Shown: piece by piece, positions 63,468 through 64,000 of the stretch
How positions within the stretch are numbered: the stretch's first letter is position 1
How the letters are laid out: the number at the start of each line of letters is the position of its first letter
The notes under the pieces: model-generated
Databases searched by the model: none
Told to the model about the DNA's origin: nothing
What the model saw: only the letters and a program-made list of their open reading frames with translations
From: an uncultured bacterium
Lineage (GTDB): Bacteria > Krumholzibacteriota > Krumholzibacteriia > LZORAL124-64-63
Direction of reading: 5' to 3'
NCBI GenBank assembly: GCA_963727525.1
Contig: CAVSGO010000007.1
Coordinates: forward strand, 1,312,001 to 1,376,000
DNA: 64,000 nt
Made by a program: the position numbers and the translations under genes

Positions 63468-64000
63468 GGGGCTCCTCGCAGGGGGTCGGATTGCGCCAGG
63501 CGAGCGCCATCGGCGCCAGGGCGGCGTCATCAATCCGGTGATGGTAATCGGCACCGAAGAGGTCGGCAAGAATCTGGCCCGTGAGCACGCCGACGAAACC
63601 CATCGTCTCGCGCGCGCTGGTCAAGCGACCGGCCTCCCACTTGCGCAGGAGACTGGCCACACGGGTCGGCTCCCACAGGCCCGCCCCGGCCACAGTGGCC
63701 GGCGCGAGTCGCTCCTTCACGAGCCGGCGCCCCGCATCGCTGCCGAGGCACGCGAGGTCGGGCGCCCGGTACGGCAGCTTGGGACGGCGGACTATGGCCG
63801 GCGGCAGGAGATCGGCGACGGCGGCGCGCAGGATATCCTTCTCGGCCAGACACGGGAGTTTCACGCTGGCGGGCAGCGAGCCGGCCAGCTCGGCCACGTG
63901 CACGTCGAGAAAGGGGAATCGCCCCTCCACCGAGTTGCCCATGAGCATGCGGTCACCCTGGCTGCTGAGCAGGTAGCCGGCCAGAAATGTCGTCATCTCC
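63454..64000 (-). CDS. asnB: Asparagine synthase (glutamine-hydrolysing)-like amidotransferase, C-terminal part (truncated by the window)
   Basis: LLSSQGDRMLMGNSVEGRFPFLD, EKDILR and RPKLPYRAP. Confidence 0.88.
   Translation of the reverse strand, partial: EMTTFLAGYLLSSQGDRMLMGNSVEGRFPFLDVHVAELAGSLPASVKLPCLAEKDILRAAVADLLPPAIVRRPKLPYRAPDLACLGSDAGRRLVKERLAPATVAGAGLWEPTRVASLLRKWEAGRLTSARETMGFVGVLTGQILADLFGADYHHRIDDAALAPMALAWRNPTPCEEPHGHA

Noticed and set aside
1-64000. tRNA/rRNA genes, IS elements, integrases, prophage or defence systems
   Set aside because: No supporting motifs were seen by eye. tRNAscan and Infernal were not run.

Overview
High-GC bacterial chromosomal window with about 52 densely packed genes. 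An FCB-group / Krumholzibacteria-Latescibacteria-like origin is inferred only from the FlgD-type and 'TWGxVKALFR' C-termini of two secreted proteins. Most of the content is housekeeping: fadL plus an SGNH lipoprotein, rhomboid, rng with a TIGR03960/03936-type radical SAM fusion, a minus-strand run asd-ecfT-truA-fsa-htrA-hldD-purB-(VIT1, two c-type heme proteins, FlgD/LVIVD protein)-purL/Q-purS-like-purF, an ABC transporter, two-component genes, alaS, arfB, glnA and a LeuC-LeuD-type fusion. The right edge holds an asnB-ACP-acyl-AMP ligase cluster that runs out of the window. No rRNA, tRNA, CRISPR, transposase or integrase was seen. The strongest candidate for an undescribed system is a ~787-aa protein that fuses a GNAT-like acetyltransferase to an intact Zn-dependent HDAC-family deacetylase and is translationally coupled to a TauE/SafE transporter. 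Also notable are a small-PurL-PurQ fusion with a tandem PurS-like partner, an aconitase-family fusion with DH changed to DC, a catalytically degenerate SGNH protein next to fadL, short tandem duplications that recur at gene starts and stops, a three-hairpin candidate RNA, and two apparent single-base frameshifts. All family assignments come from motif recognition by eye; no searches were run.
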